From contig CAWCFT010000011.1 of assembly GCA_963794945.1 (NCBI GenBank), positions 64,001 through 128,000 on the forward strand: a stretch of 64,000 nucleotides of DNA. The letters run 5' to 3'. Positions within the stretch are counted from its first letter, which is position 1; every line of letters starts with the position of its first letter. A model generated the notes under the pieces. The model saw nothing but the letters and a program-made list of their open reading frames with translations. It ran no database searches and had not been told where the DNA came from. Positions 10,234 to 21,061 of the stretch are shown piece by piece. A program made the position numbers and the translations under genes. Source of the DNA: Endomicrobiales bacterium. Its GTDB lineage: Bacteria > Elusimicrobiota > Endomicrobiia > Endomicrobiales > CAWCFT01.

Positions 10234-12624
10234 TTAAAATGGAGCATTCTGGGCCGGAGTTTTCTGGACTGTCATTTTATTTATTTGATCAAGTTTCTGT
10301 CTAAGAGTCTGATTGTTTGGGTCTGACTTTAGGGCCTGCTCTATCATTTCTCTGGCATCGGTGTAATCCTTGCTCTCAAAATAAGCTAATCCAAGGTTAG
10401 CCACGGCGGAAACATTCCCGGGGTTGATGGCAAGGGCTTCTTTGTATTCTCCTATTGCTTCGCTAAGCCGCCCTACTGTAAAATAAATATTCGCAAGATA
10501 AAGCCTTGCTTTAAAGCTTTTTGGGTTTATGTCAATAAGCTGTTTACAGTTTTTATACGCTGCCTGCCAGTTCTTTGCCAGTACATTGTCTTCCACCGCC
10601 TTCATAAGTGTATCCCACTCTGCGATCTTTTTATCGGACTCTCCGGTCCTTGCAAGTGATATTTTCAGGTTTTTCCTAGCTACATCAAAATCCGGATCGA
10701 TCTCTAGTGCCTTCCTGTAAGCCTTTATGGACTCTTCATCATTCCCCATTTTCGTGTAAAGATATCCTAGATTGTTCTGAACGTCTTTGTTCGTTGGAAA
10801 GAGATACGCGCATTGAGCGAATAGTTTCAAAGCCGCTTGCTGGTAAAGGCTCTGGTTAGCCAGAAATATGCTTCCGAGCGCGTTATAAGCCTCCAGTGAA
10901 AGAGGATTGATATAAAGCGACCTTGTGTACTCGTCCATTGCCTCATTAAGTTTGCCTGTCTGCGCAAGCACCGTAGCCATGTTAAAATAAATCTCGTCGT
11001 AACCCGCGTTCGCTCTGAGGGATTCCTTATAGAAATAAATAGCTTTTTCCCTGTCACCAGACCTGGCGTAGCAATTAGCGAGCTCATAATTATTGTTCAC
11101 TTCAAAACGCTGATAGCTATGAGCGGCTTCAAGTTCGGGAATAGCTGCCTGTATAAGATTTTTCTTTGATAGTTTAAAACCGTTGAAGTAATGCACTTCT
11201 CCTATAAAACTCTTTGCGTAACGCAGTATCGTAAGAGACCCAAGAATAATAATGGCCCAGACAATTGCTTTTGATAATGAGGATTTCACTTCCAAACTCT
11301 TTTCTTCCTGCTTAGCGAGGCTCGACAGATACCCCAAGTTCCACCAGTAAAGAAAGCCGGGTATAGCGAAATGCAACGAGACGTTTAGCAGGTTATCCGC
11401 CCACATCCCCACAAGAGAAGCGAAAAGACCTACTGCGAGCATCCTTTTCTCGCCGTTCGAATTCTTTATCATAAATAGCGAATAGTACACTATTGCCGCG
11501 AACATCCATAAATAAATCCCGAACCCAACCGTGCCAACCTGCGACCATATCTCCAATATCTCGTTGTGGCAATTATTTGCGTGCGTACGAAATCCTATGT
11601 ATTCCGGCAAAAAGAGATGCCGCCCTTGATAGAAGGGATAGAACAATTCAAAACATCCCCACCCTTTTCCCAAGACAGGCCTTTCGTCAACCATGTGCCA
11701 CGCGCATGACCAGATGAGCTTTCTCTGGTCCCATGCCCCGTAGTAGCCTTCTTTCTTTGACACCGACTCTACCAGCCGCCCGATAACTCCCGGATTATAC
11801 CCCGGAACATTGCTCTTGGGCCAGAATATCATCAATAACATCATCAATCCGAATGGCAATAATATGAATTTCTTTATGTCTTTTAGAACAGTTATTTTTT
11901 CATATTTTATTAGAAAATATGCCACTATACAAAAACTGACAGCACAGCCCAGCCACGAAGACCTTGTCATCGTACAAAGCAAACCTGAAAAATATGTCAG
12001 CATGAATATGAGATAAAATATTTTTTGAGAGAACGACTGGGCCTTTACAAAGAATATGTAACTCACAGGAATAAGAAGCACCAGGTACGAAGAAAGGAAG
12101 TTTGGGTTACCGAAACTTGAAACGCTCCTCCCACCGAACGGGTTGAGCACCTTCGGCCAGAAAAATTCTATGCCCATATACTGCAGTATCGCGTAAAAAG
12201 CCGCGAACCACCCGGCCCAAAAGATAGCCAGCATGAATTTACGCTTACTTTGCTCATCAGAAAAATATGACGGTATGTAATAAACAAGTATGGCGTTAAC
12301 AACAAGGAATAGCCAGTTCTTAAGCCCTTCGCTGAAAATACCGTAGGAGAGATACGGCTCATGAATATTCTCAAAAAACATTGCTACCCATGAAAGCGTC
12401 GCAACGACAAAAAATGCTGCAAGTTGGAGGTCAAACGGAGTTTTTTTGAACGTGAATTTCCCGGACTTCATGCTTGTATAAGCCCATATCATGAATACAA
12501 GCACCGTCAGGCTGTTGGCCAGCACTATCTGGAAATAATAAGGGTTGCGCGTCAGATCGGTAAAAAAGATTAGCGGTGGGACAAACAGCATCAAATAGAT
12601 AAGAAAATTATATACTCGTTTCAT
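10234..12624 (-). CDS. O-antigen ligase-like (Wzy_C) membrane protein with C-terminal TPRs
   Basis: SSFGNPNFL, TRSSWLG, GKGWG.F, HNEILEIW, followed by TPR repeats. Confidence 0.85.
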   Translation of the reverse strand: MKRVYNFLIYLMLFVPPLIFFTDLTRNPYYFQIVLANSLTVLVFMIWAYTSMKSGKFTFKKTPFDLQLAAFFVVATLSWVAMFFENIHEPYLSYGIFSEGLKNWLFLVVNAILVYYIPSYFSDEQSKRKFMLAIFWAGWFAAFYAILQYMGIEFFWPKVLNPFGGRSVSSFGNPNFLSSYLVLLIPVSYIFFVKAQSFSQKIFYLIFMLTYFSGLLCTMTRSSWLGCAVSFCIVAYFLIKYEKITVLKDIKKFILLPFGLMMLLMIFWPKSNVPGYNPGVIGRLVESVSKKEGYYGAWDQRKLIWSCAWHMVDERPVLGKGWGCFELFYPFYQGRHLFLPEYIGFRTHANNCHNEILEIWSQVGTVGFGIYLWMFAAIVYYSLFMIKNSNGEKRMLAVGLFASLVGMWADNLLNVSLHFAIPGFLYWWNLGYLSSLAKQEEKSLEVKSSLSKAIVWAIIILGSLTILRYAKSFIGEVHYFNGFKLSKKNLIQAAIPELEAAHSYQRFEVNNNYELANCYARSGDREKAIYFYKESLRANAGYDEIYFNMATVLAQTGKLNEAMDEYTRSLYINPLSLEAYNALGSIFLANQSLYQQAALKLFAQCAYLFPTNKDVQNNLGYLYTKMGNDEESIKAYRKALEIDPDFDVARKNLKISLARTGESDKKIAEWDTLMKAVEDNVLAKNWQAAYKNCKQLIDINPKSFKARLYLANIYFTVGRLSEAIGEYKEALAINPGNVSAVANLGLAYFESKDYTDAREMIEQALKSDPNNQTLRQKLDQINKMTVQKTPAQNAPF

Positions 12625-12634
12625 TTTGTTAATA

Positions 12635-14881
12635 CTATTTCGGCGCCATCCCGAAAGTCCTCATAACATCCGGATCCTGCGGAGATATTTCTCTTGCCGC
12701 GAACCATTCCTTCTTTGCTTCTTCCATCCTGCCCGTGCGGCTGTACAATACGGCGAGATTCTTGACTGCGTTGATCGAAGTAGGGCTTAGTTTTAAAGCG
12801 TCTTTATAGTATTCTTCCGACGCCTTGAAATCATTCCGCATGAACTTCATGTTCCCAAGATTTATATATGTTTCGGCGTATTCTTCCGGGCGCCTCTTGT
12901 ACCAGTCTTCATCCCAGATGCTGTGCGGGGGTTTTCTGAGCTGCTCAGGGAATTTTATATGTGCCAGGTATGCGTTTTCGGCCTTATCATATTCTCCGAG
13001 TTGCATATATATCCATGCTTCTCTGTAGTAATTCAAAGGAAAAATCGGGTCGATCTCGCGGTATTTCTCAAACTCCGCAAGCGCCTTATCCCATATTTCT
13101 TTTTTGTTCTGTTCATGTACAGCCGCTTCTTTAAGATCACCTTTTTGTCTCGCGGCATCTTCCAATCTTTTTTCATCATCACCGGATTTGAGGTAAATCA
13201 AACCGGCCTGATGATGCGACTGAACGTAATCCGGGGCGAGCTTCCAGACATCATTATATTTACCTATGGCCCTGTCCCTGTCGCCTTCTATCCATCTGTC
13301 GTTATAAACGTTCCCCATGAAGTAGTGCGCCATGATAAAAGATGGATTCTCCTTAATCACTTCCGTGTATTTATCCAACGCCTGTGTCCACTGTCCTTGC
13401 TTTGAGAAGAAAATTGCCATATTGTGGTTTACATCCGCGTCAAAATATCCATAGAATACCGTAAGAAAATATACCGCAATAACAGCGATCAGCACCTGGA
13501 ACGTCCTCTTTGCATTTGTAGGCAATTTCCCTGGTACCGGCTGCGACGATTTCTCAGGCATTGGATGGTTTACACTGAATGCACCTAAGAGTCCTATCAG
13601 CAGCCATAAGAATATACCGGATGAAACGAACCTCAGCGAAACGCACACAAAATTGTGCACAAGCTGAGATGCGACAGCTGTGAGAACACCTAACTGGTAA
13701 TAAGCGCGTATGTCACCGCCCGGCTTTTCAATGTTCAATTTTGAAAATACCTGAAGGTTCTTAAATCCACCCCAGAGGAACATCGAGATCACCCACAAGA
13801 ATATACCAAACCCTACAAGCCCTTCATCGTACCATACTTCCAGGTACTCGTCTTCCGGATGGTCAGTCTCTGTATTGTGTCTGCCTTCAACGAAAAATAT
13901 CTGCGGCCTGCGGAAAGCCGGATATGTTACATAAAATGTTCCGATCCCGGTGCCCAATATAGGGTTTGTGTTTATCATCTCCCAGGTTGAAGTCCATGTG
14001 AATATACGGAATGAGGCACTATCAGTGCGGCCTTTAAGGTTATGGTAAATGCCGCCTACAACTATCAGGATGCAGGCGAATGTCATTATCAATAATATCG
14101 ATCTTTGCTTTATTTTCTGAGTTTTAAGGAATAAACCTATGACAAGGAACACTATTATCAATACCCCGGCACCAAAGCCAAGCCATGCTCCTTTTGAGTA
14201 AGTGATCATCACCGAGAAGGCTATCATCAGCCACAATAGTAAGAGGTGTATTTTTCTCGAACGCAGGAACATCGCAAGGGTTATCGGGCTCATGACAACA
14301 AGGAAATCGCCGAAGAAGTTAGGATTGCCGAAAGTGGAGAATATTCTGTCTCCGAACGCCTGCCGCCAGATAAAAGGGTCAAGGCCGGGTTCAGGGGGTG
14401 GAGGGAAATAGTGCCTGTCTAAGTACTGGATTACGGCATAAAGAGTTGCTACGTACGCCGCTGCTATCAGCCAGTTGAAAAGCCGTTTCATTTTTTCATG
14501 GCTGTCGAATTCCTTTACTACGATAAGGGCTATCGCGATATAGAATACCCTGCGGGCAAGCTCGTTAGCGCTCGCGAGCGGCAACGGAGAGCGAAGATAT
14601 GAAACTATCCCGGAAATAAGAAAGGCCAGAAGCGAACAGATCACTATTATGTTTTGCCGCAGGAATAACATTACGTCTTCTTCTGCCAGCTTAATCAGCC
14701 AGGTGGCAAGAAGGAAGGTTCCCCCCATCTCTATAAGTGTTATCTTGATCTGCGCAGAATCGTAAGTCTTCAGATAAAACGCTATTGATATGAGAAAATA
14801 TAGTATGGGAACGCCGTAAATCAATATTTTACCGGCTATTTCCATTACATTATTATCTGAAACTCTTGCCGTTTCACTCAT
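12635..14881 (-). CDS. O-antigen ligase-like membrane protein with TPRs (paralog)
   Basis: STFGNPNFF, SKGAWLG, GTGIGTF, HPEDEYLEVW, TPRs. Confidence 0.85.
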   Translation of the reverse strand: MSETARVSDNNVMEIAGKILIYGVPILYFLISIAFYLKTYDSAQIKITLIEMGGTFLLATWLIKLAEEDVMLFLRQNIIVICSLLAFLISGIVSYLRSPLPLASANELARRVFYIAIALIVVKEFDSHEKMKRLFNWLIAAAYVATLYAVIQYLDRHYFPPPPEPGLDPFIWRQAFGDRIFSTFGNPNFFGDFLVVMSPITLAMFLRSRKIHLLLLWLMIAFSVMITYSKGAWLGFGAGVLIIVFLVIGLFLKTQKIKQRSILLIMTFACILIVVGGIYHNLKGRTDSASFRIFTWTSTWEMINTNPILGTGIGTFYVTYPAFRRPQIFFVEGRHNTETDHPEDEYLEVWYDEGLVGFGIFLWVISMFLWGGFKNLQVFSKLNIEKPGGDIRAYYQLGVLTAVASQLVHNFVCVSLRFVSSGIFLWLLIGLLGAFSVNHPMPEKSSQPVPGKLPTNAKRTFQVLIAVIAVYFLTVFYGYFDADVNHNMAIFFSKQGQWTQALDKYTEVIKENPSFIMAHYFMGNVYNDRWIEGDRDRAIGKYNDVWKLAPDYVQSHHQAGLIYLKSGDDEKRLEDAARQKGDLKEAAVHEQNKKEIWDKALAEFEKYREIDPIFPLNYYREAWIYMQLGEYDKAENAYLAHIKFPEQLRKPPHSIWDEDWYKRRPEEYAETYINLGNMKFMRNDFKASEEYYKDALKLSPTSINAVKNLAVLYSRTGRMEEAKKEWFAAREISPQDPDVMRTFGMAPK

Positions 14882-15034
14882 TGTTCCATCCCTTGGCTTT
14901 AAATGTTTTTGCTAAACTTTGGATTCGGTTTGCACTTAATCATTTCCAGAAAGCCTCTCGGAGGGAATATATTTCACAAAAACACTTCTATCTGCCGCCG
15001 CTCTATATCGCAATCTTCAATTTATTTAACAGAA

Positions 15035-15110
<76 letters not shown>

Positions 15111-15156
15111 AGCTAAAAAATGAACCCATGGGACATGCAGCCTGCTAAACAAAAAA

Positions 15157-15229
15157 TGCTGGGGGTCAGAATCGAACTGACGACACCAGGTTTTTCAGAC
15201 CTGTGCTCTACCGACTGAGCTACCCCAGC
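15157..15229 (-). tRNA. tRNA-Phe(GAA), CCA not encoded
   Basis: GCTGGGGTAGCTCAGTCGGTAGAGCACAGGTCT-GAA-AAACCTGGTGTCGTCAGTTCGATTCTGACCCCCAGCA. Confidence 0.94.
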
Positions 15230-15280
15230 AAACTACCTGTATTTCTTTTAATGAAAGATCAAAACTTATCATGGGCAAGT

Positions 15281-15589
15281 TTATTTCTTTTCGAACGCTC
15301 TTTTCCCTGCGTCAAATGCCTCTTCGATCTTTTCACGGGAAGAAACTATTTTTTCTTTTCCTTCATCTATTATCTGTTTTGACCTGTTTTTTACATCTTC
15401 ACCCATATCTTCGATTTTTTCAGCAAGGTCCTCACTGAAATCTTTGAGTTTTTCTCTTGTTTCCTTTCCGGCCCTCGGCGCGTATAGAATGCCCGCTACA
15501 GCGCCTATGATGCCCCCAAGGACGAATGCAAGTAGCACTTCACCTGAATTATTCTCTGACATATGCCCTCCTTTGACTCCGTGACTCAA
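15281..15589 (-). CDS. YtxH domain protein
   Basis: FVLGGIIGAVAGILYAPRAGKETREKL signature. Confidence 0.88.
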   Translation of the reverse strand: MSHGVKGGHMSENNSGEVLLAFVLGGIIGAVAGILYAPRAGKETREKLKDFSEDLAEKIEDMGEDVKNRSKQIIDEGKEKIVSSREKIEEAFDAGKRAFEKK

Positions 15590-15642
15590 TCAGCGCTTTG
15601 CATCGTGCCGAGTCACAAGCTTTGTTTTCTTCCGCCAATTCG

Positions 15643-15927
15643 TTAAAGCTGTTGTTGTTCTTCTCTCTTATTACGGACAAAAGACGAAATTATTCCGCCC
15701 AGCCAGCCGCCTGCCTGCGCCCACGGAGAAGTGAATTTTTTTACCAAGTCGTGAATTCTGCCGGTTATACCGATCACAGTATCAATTTCATAATTAATGT
15801 TCTTAAGCAGTTTTTCCAACTCATCGGCGGCTTTCTTCACGCTGTACAATGTTTGTACAAGATAAACTACGGCAACAACAAATGCAGCAGTCACAACTAG
15901 CGCGCAAACAACCAGTACCGTATTCAT
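15643..15927 (-). CDS. DUF948/YoxC-like small membrane protein
   Basis: N-terminal TM helix plus coiled coil, adjacent to YtxH. Confidence 0.65.
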   Translation of the reverse strand: MNTVLVVCALVVTAAFVVAVVYLVQTLYSVKKAADELEKLLKNINYEIDTVIGITGRIHDLVKKFTSPWAQAGGWLGGIISSFVRNKREEQQQL

Positions 15928-16358
15928 TTCACGTTTTCCTTTTTTACATTTGTTTTTGACACCAGTTCTTCTATCTTTTTTTTGACTTCTGGCATATCGA
16001 ATGGCTTTGACAAGAACCCGTTTGCACCGAAGAGCATGGCGTCATGAAAAGTTCTTTCATCAGAAAAAGCTGTAAGCATTATTACCGGTATATCAGCCGT
16101 TTCCTTTGCTGTTTTGATATTTCTGCAAAGGCTTATCCCGTCTTCGCCCGGCATGCTGACATCCATGAGTATCAAATCCGGCCTAAAACTTTTAAGCGTT
16201 CTTTCAAACTCAGCCGCGCTTTCACATGCCGTCACATTATATCCCATGATCTCGAGACCGCTTTTTAAAAGATCCAGCACGTTAGGATCATCGTCAACTA
16301 TCAATATATTCTTCTTTTTTGTTTCCATTTTTTCGTTTATGACCAAACGGCGCTTCAA
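15924..16358 (-). CDS. Single-domain response regulator (CheY-like)
   Basis: ILIVDDD, DLILMDVSMPGEDG, IPVIMLTA, KPF. Confidence 0.9.
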   Translation of the reverse strand: MKRRLVINEKMETKKKNILIVDDDPNVLDLLKSGLEIMGYNVTACESAAEFERTLKSFRPDLILMDVSMPGEDGISLCRNIKTAKETADIPVIMLTAFSDERTFHDAMLFGANGFLSKPFDMPEVKKKIEELVSKTNVKKENVK

Positions 16359-16451
16359 CTGGTAACTATTTCCCAGTCAGTTGATTTTAACAAAAGAAAA
16401 ATCATAAGTCAAATTCGAGTAATTTTGCAATTACTTATGATTTTTTAATAC

Positions 16452-17080
16452 TTATATGTTCTTAGATGGACAAATGTCATTTAAAATACATTGGCCATGC
16501 GCGGATTTTCTTGCCTTGCAAACAAACCTTCCATGCTGTTGCAAGAGATATGAAAACACCAGCCAATCCGCCCTCGGAACAAGCTTCATCAGGTCAACTT
16601 CGATCTTTACGGGATCATCATTTTTCGTCAAACCTAATCTCTGAGAAAGCCTGCGGACATGCGTGTCGACGGCTATGCCTTCGATAACACCGTAAGCGTT
16701 TCCCAGAACGATATTTGCGGTCTTTCTAGCAACACCGGGCAGTGAAAGGATATCCACCATATTCGAAGGCACTTCTCCGCCAAATTTATCTTTTATCAAT
16801 TTTGCCGATGTTATGATATTCTTTGCCTTGTTGCAAAAAAACCTGTGGACCTTATATCCTGCTCGAACTCATTTAAGTCCGCAGAGGCGTAATCTGAAAG
16901 GCTGCGGTATTTTTTAAAAAGTGTTTCTGTCACCTTATTGACCCTCTCGTCGGTGCATTGAGCCGACAGGATCGTAGCGACAAGCAGCTCCAGCGGGCTT
17001 GAATGCTTTAGGGCTATCTTTGCGTCGGGATACGCTTTCTTAAGCCTTTTTATTATCTCCAGTATTTTTTCTTTATTCAT
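16452..17080 (-). CDS. nth: Endonuclease III; frameshift near 16835
   Basis: LLVATILSAQCTDERVN, HhH LPGVARKTAN, IAVDTHV, C-terminal Fe-S motif. Confidence 0.92.
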
Positions 17081-17082
17081 TT

Positions 17083-17280
17083 TTAAACCGTTTTTATAGC
17101 GTCTACGGGGCAATCTTTTTCCATCTGCTTCGTGCAGTCTTCCTGTTCTTTGGGAACCATTTCGTTCTTTGTAAAAGCAATATTGTCCTGCATCTCGAAA
17201 ACATCCGGGCAAGTTGATTCGCACAGCCCGCAACCTATACACGTTTCTTTGTCAACATAGACTTTCATGTCACCCTCCAT
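17083..17280 (-). CDS. Small single-cluster ferredoxin
   Basis: CIGCGLCESTCP...CPVDAI. Confidence 0.9.
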   Translation of the reverse strand: MEGDMKVYVDKETCIGCGLCESTCPDVFEMQDNIAFTKNEMVPKEQEDCTKQMEKDCPVDAIKTV

Positions 17281-17291
17281 TTAACCGTATT

Positions 17292-18064
17292 TCACTTTAC
17301 CAGCTCAACCATACGGCGGTGTATCAAGCCGTTGGACGCTAGCAATGTATCTCCAAAAATATAATTATTACCGCCGTTAAATTCCGATACTTTTCCCCCC
17401 GCCTCTTCTAAAATAAGTGACCCCCCTGCGATATCCCACGGCTTTAATCCCTTTTCCCAAAACGCTTCAAAGCGTCCTGCTGCCACATATGCCAGATCAA
17501 AGGCCGCTAAAGCACGCCGCCTGACACCCTGGACCCTGACTAATACGTTCGAAAGGCTCTTTAATACCGCACCGCTGTTCGAGTGGACATCATATGGGAA
17601 ACCGGTTACCACAAGCGACCTTACGAGCTTTCGCTCGAAGAAACCCTAATGGCCCTGCCATTGAGGAATGCCTGCCCGCCTCTTTGTGCCACAAATAATT
17701 CCTTTAAGCATGGAGCGTATATGACTCCGGTTATGACTTTGCCGTTTTCCAGCAGGCTTATAGAGACGCTGAAAAATGGAACACCATGAATAAAATTCAC
17801 CGTGCCGTCCAAAGGATCGATTATCCAGCAATGATCCGAACATGCGGTTTGCCTAGGGCCTTCTTCGCCTATAACAATGTGCCCTGGAAATTTGCTTTTT
17901 AGCAGTTTGACAATTGTTTTCTGGGAAGACTTGTCGGCAATCGTTACCGGGTCGATCGCGCCTTTGTACTGAACAGACAAACTGGAATTGAAATATTTCA
18001 ACAGCACCTCGCCGCCAGCTTTGGCCGCAGCGATGGCTGTCATGGTGTATTCATTTAATTTCAT
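17292..18064 (-). CDS. suhB: Inositol monophosphatase family protein; frameshift near 17625
   Basis: WIIDPLDGTVNF, GEEG, DLAYVAAGRFEAFWE, PWDIAGG. Confidence 0.88.
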
Positions 18065-18152
18065 TGGAGTACCGCGAGTTTTGATTTTACTAAGGCATTT
18101 CCCAAGATTTGTGCGTGGATAAGACAAATAACGTTTGGCGGTAAAAACTATA

Positions 18153-18228
18153 CGGGGACGACGGGATTTGAACCCGCGATCTCTGCCTTGACAGGGCAGC
18201 GTGTTAAACCAGGCTACACCACGTCCCC
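18153..18228 (-). tRNA. tRNA-Asp(GTC)
   Basis: GGGGACGTGGTGTAGCCTGGTTTAACACGCTGCCCT-GTC-AAGGCAGAGATCGCGGGTTCAAATCCCGTCGTCCCCG. Confidence 0.95.
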
Positions 18229-18411
18229 AGAAATTTACTTATATGACTTAAATATTCCAGATACTTGTTTAAGAGCTGGATATGTTCTCTAGCTTGATCC
18301 CGCGTTGCGTGATTAAGCCAGGATACCACCACATCAGAAAAATTAGAGGTATATACTACCAGAAAAAGCTAATATTGTCAAATTACAGTAAGAAATCCAA
18401 GTAAACAAGAT

Positions 18412-18446
18412 AAAAGCGTTAGCCGAAAATCACGCTAACGCTTTTA
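18412..18446. terminator. Intrinsic terminator at the end of the putative pilus operon
   Basis: AAAAGCGTTAGC...GCTAACGCTTTT inverted repeat with A/T tails. Confidence 0.75.
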
Positions 18447-18471
18447 ACTCTTTGCCCGCGCTATTGAACTG

Positions 18472-19426
18472 TTACGGCAGCTGCAATGACAGCCCGAAAC
18501 GATGCGACCCGGTAGAATTTTCGACTTGCAGCGGCCAGGCAAATGAATAATCAACAATAAGTTTTGTTTTTTCGCCGAACTTGATTTCATAGCCTAGACC
18601 AAACGTGACATCTTCCTGGCTACCACCTGACCTGATTGCGAATTTCCCGTCAAAAAGCCATGTTTCTACCCCGAATCTGATATCCGATACACCGTCTCTT
18701 GTGGCTACATCCAGCGCGGTAGTGAAATATGGAAGTTTCAGGAAAGGAAGTTTTTCATTATAGTACGCAAGGCCGATCACGTTTTCGTTCGGCACCTGAT
18801 CAACAGTAAGTAAACCCACGTTAGGAGTGTTGGTATTTTTGCACGCGACTCCGCAGGAAAGACCAAGCTTTTCCCATGAAACAAGAAGCCCTGCGTCGGA
18901 CGTAGTAGCGGCCGCAGAATTACCGTTAGCAAAAACAGGGTCGCCCACAGTCCGCTCGTCCAGCGTATACGCATGCTTTAAATACTTGAAGTTCGCCCCT
19001 ATAGAGACAGCCGGCTGTTTAAAACCAAAGATGTCGTTAAGATAACGCCCATAACCTATAGCGGCAGTGTCTTCAGTATAGAGTGATGGCGAAGACAGCT
19101 CGCCCCATGTGACACCTATACTCCCCGCTCTTTTGCCTAGCGGATGAACATAACCAAGATAGTTCAACCCTATATTAACTCCGTCAAGTCCGGAGTATAA
19201 TTGCGCGGACATCAACGAAACTTCGTCATGCACAACTTGCGGAAGCCCGGCAGGGTTATAAAGTTGGCCGTTCGCGTCATCAGCTACCGCGGTAAAAGCT
19301 CCGGCCATACCCAACGGTCTCGACACCCCAGCCCGAGTCCATGAAAGCGGCGAACGTGAGACTGGGCAAAGCGAGCAGTATTATGACCGCTAAACTTAAA
19401 TAATGGACCGATCTTTTTCTATTCAT
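18472..19426 (-). CDS. PorV/PorQ-like outer membrane beta-barrel; frameshift near 19320
   Basis: Signal peptide MNRKRSVHYLSLAVIILLALPSLTFA in the upstream frame; RPLGMAGAFTAVADDA..LYNPAGL; C-terminal DYSF...THRFGL-like strand. Confidence 0.85.
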
Positions 19427-19474
19427 TTTATTGCCCTTACGGCTCTGTATGTTGCGTTACACTTAATGTTGCAA

Positions 19475-21061
19475 TTACTTCGCTACGACAATAGTCCCGT
19501 TTATTATCTTGCCAGTTGCGTTCAGCTTTATCTGGTAGATGTATATACCGCTTTCCACCAGTTTTCCGCTATCATCTTTCCCATCCCAGCTGAAATCCTG
19601 GTTAAGCTGCCTTATCTTTCTGCCTCTGATATTATAGACATTCACAATATCGCCGCTGACAAGCCCGGAGAACTGGGCAAAATCATTCTTATTATCAACT
19701 GTTGCGGGCGTAATTATCCTTTCCTTTGGCCTGTAATCATTGTCGCTCATGGAACCTACCGGGAATAAGGCGTACATACTAAAGTGCTGCACGTCAGAGT
19801 ATGTTATTAGATTTAGGTTCGGGTCTTTTTTTCCTCCAAGCAGGCGCCAGTCAAACCCATCCCACCAGAATACTTGCAAAGAGCTGGCCTTATAATTAGT
19901 GCCGTCAACTATCCCGTCATGATCAACATCCTGGTAGTAAAGTTTCATCGTACCGGCTTTTTTGAAAACTATATGCTCAGGGCCAAAAGTATAAACAGCT
20001 ACGGGTACCGCTGAGCCACAGGGCGATTTGCCCGGCGGAACAGAACTGTCAGCAGGATCGATTTCCGTTATTGTAATGTTCGTATTGCTGTCCAGCGCCC
20101 CTTGAGGCAACTGAATTGTTGTCTGGCCGTCTGCCGAGTCTCCGTTAGGCAGTGAAACTATGCCGCCATTTGAACCAAAAGTTATTGTATTTGCAGATAT
20201 TACCTGAACTGTGAAATACCCGCCTTGTGAGGGCAGGTAAGATACAGTGTTGTTAATATCTGTGGCTACGAGCTGATAGTAGAGATATTTTGATTTTGTA
20301 AAATTGACCCTGTTTTTATCTAATGCAAACTCGAAACCATAAGTTGAGGAATTCACTTTATTCATAGTATTGAGCGCGCTTCTTGACGTCATTGGTGCCG
20401 CTGCTGTTTTTGCGCGGCCTGCCTGGGCGACAGCGTAGGGTGCGATAGTAAAAGATGAATAAACCACGCTGTCATCGGTTTTGTAGCACATTGTTATCGA
20501 ATTCACGCTGACCGTATCGGAAACTGTTCCAGTGGCGATCATGATCCCGTCCACAGCAGATATATAATTAACCGGTGTATGAATAATTTGTAATGTACTA
20601 AGGACAGCTGAACTTATACCTATATTAAACGAATAGAAAGTTCCGGCAGTAGGCCATAAAGCTGACCGGCCCGTGTTGTCCATGACGGTTATCTTATAAA
20701 AGAAGCTTGCCGGATTGTTAGCCATATTCACAATTATCGCTGTCGAAAAATACTGCTTGAATAAACCCTGTGTAATTACCGCAGCTGTTGAAAAACCTGT
20801 TTGCCCGGACACGTAGTAATTAACTGTTATGCTTGTGATCGTGCTTGAAGCAATTCCGCAGGTAGCTGTGCCTGAAATTACAGCATAATTACCCTGCGAA
20901 AGCTGGGTTAAACCTATGTGATTTATAACAGGATTACCGGTGAAAGCAACGCACGCTGTAAACGATGCGACAGAAACGCTTTGAAAAGATGCGAAAGCCT
21001 TTCCAGAGCCGGTTAAAATAATAATCAGCGACAATAATAGATAGGACTTCCATTTAATCAT
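19475..21061 (-). CDS. Secreted protein: pilin-like N-terminal strand, Ig-like domains, C-terminal FlgD/T9SS-like sorting domain (putative pilus anchor)
   Basis: Signal peptide; C-terminus IITP...NDFA...VYNIRGRKIR...WDGKDDSGKLVESGIYIYQI...GTIVVAK. Confidence 0.75.
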   Translation of the reverse strand: MIKWKSYLLLSLIIILTGSGKAFASFQSVSVASFTACVAFTGNPVINHIGLTQLSQGNYAVISGTATCGIASSTITSITVNYYVSGQTGFSTAAVITQGLFKQYFSTAIIVNMANNPASFFYKITVMDNTGRSALWPTAGTFYSFNIGISSAVLSTLQIIHTPVNYISAVDGIMIATGTVSDTVSVNSITMCYKTDDSVVYSSFTIAPYAVAQAGRAKTAAAPMTSRSALNTMNKVNSSTYGFEFALDKNRVNFTKSKYLYYQLVATDINNTVSYLPSQGGYFTVQVISANTITFGSNGGIVSLPNGDSADGQTTIQLPQGALDSNTNITITEIDPADSSVPPGKSPCGSAVPVAVYTFGPEHIVFKKAGTMKLYYQDVDHDGIVDGTNYKASSLQVFWWDGFDWRLLGGKKDPNLNLITYSDVQHFSMYALFPVGSMSDNDYRPKERIITPATVDNKNDFAQFSGLVSGDIVNVYNIRGRKIRQLNQDFSWDGKDDSGKLVESGIYIYQIKLNATGKIINGTIVVAK

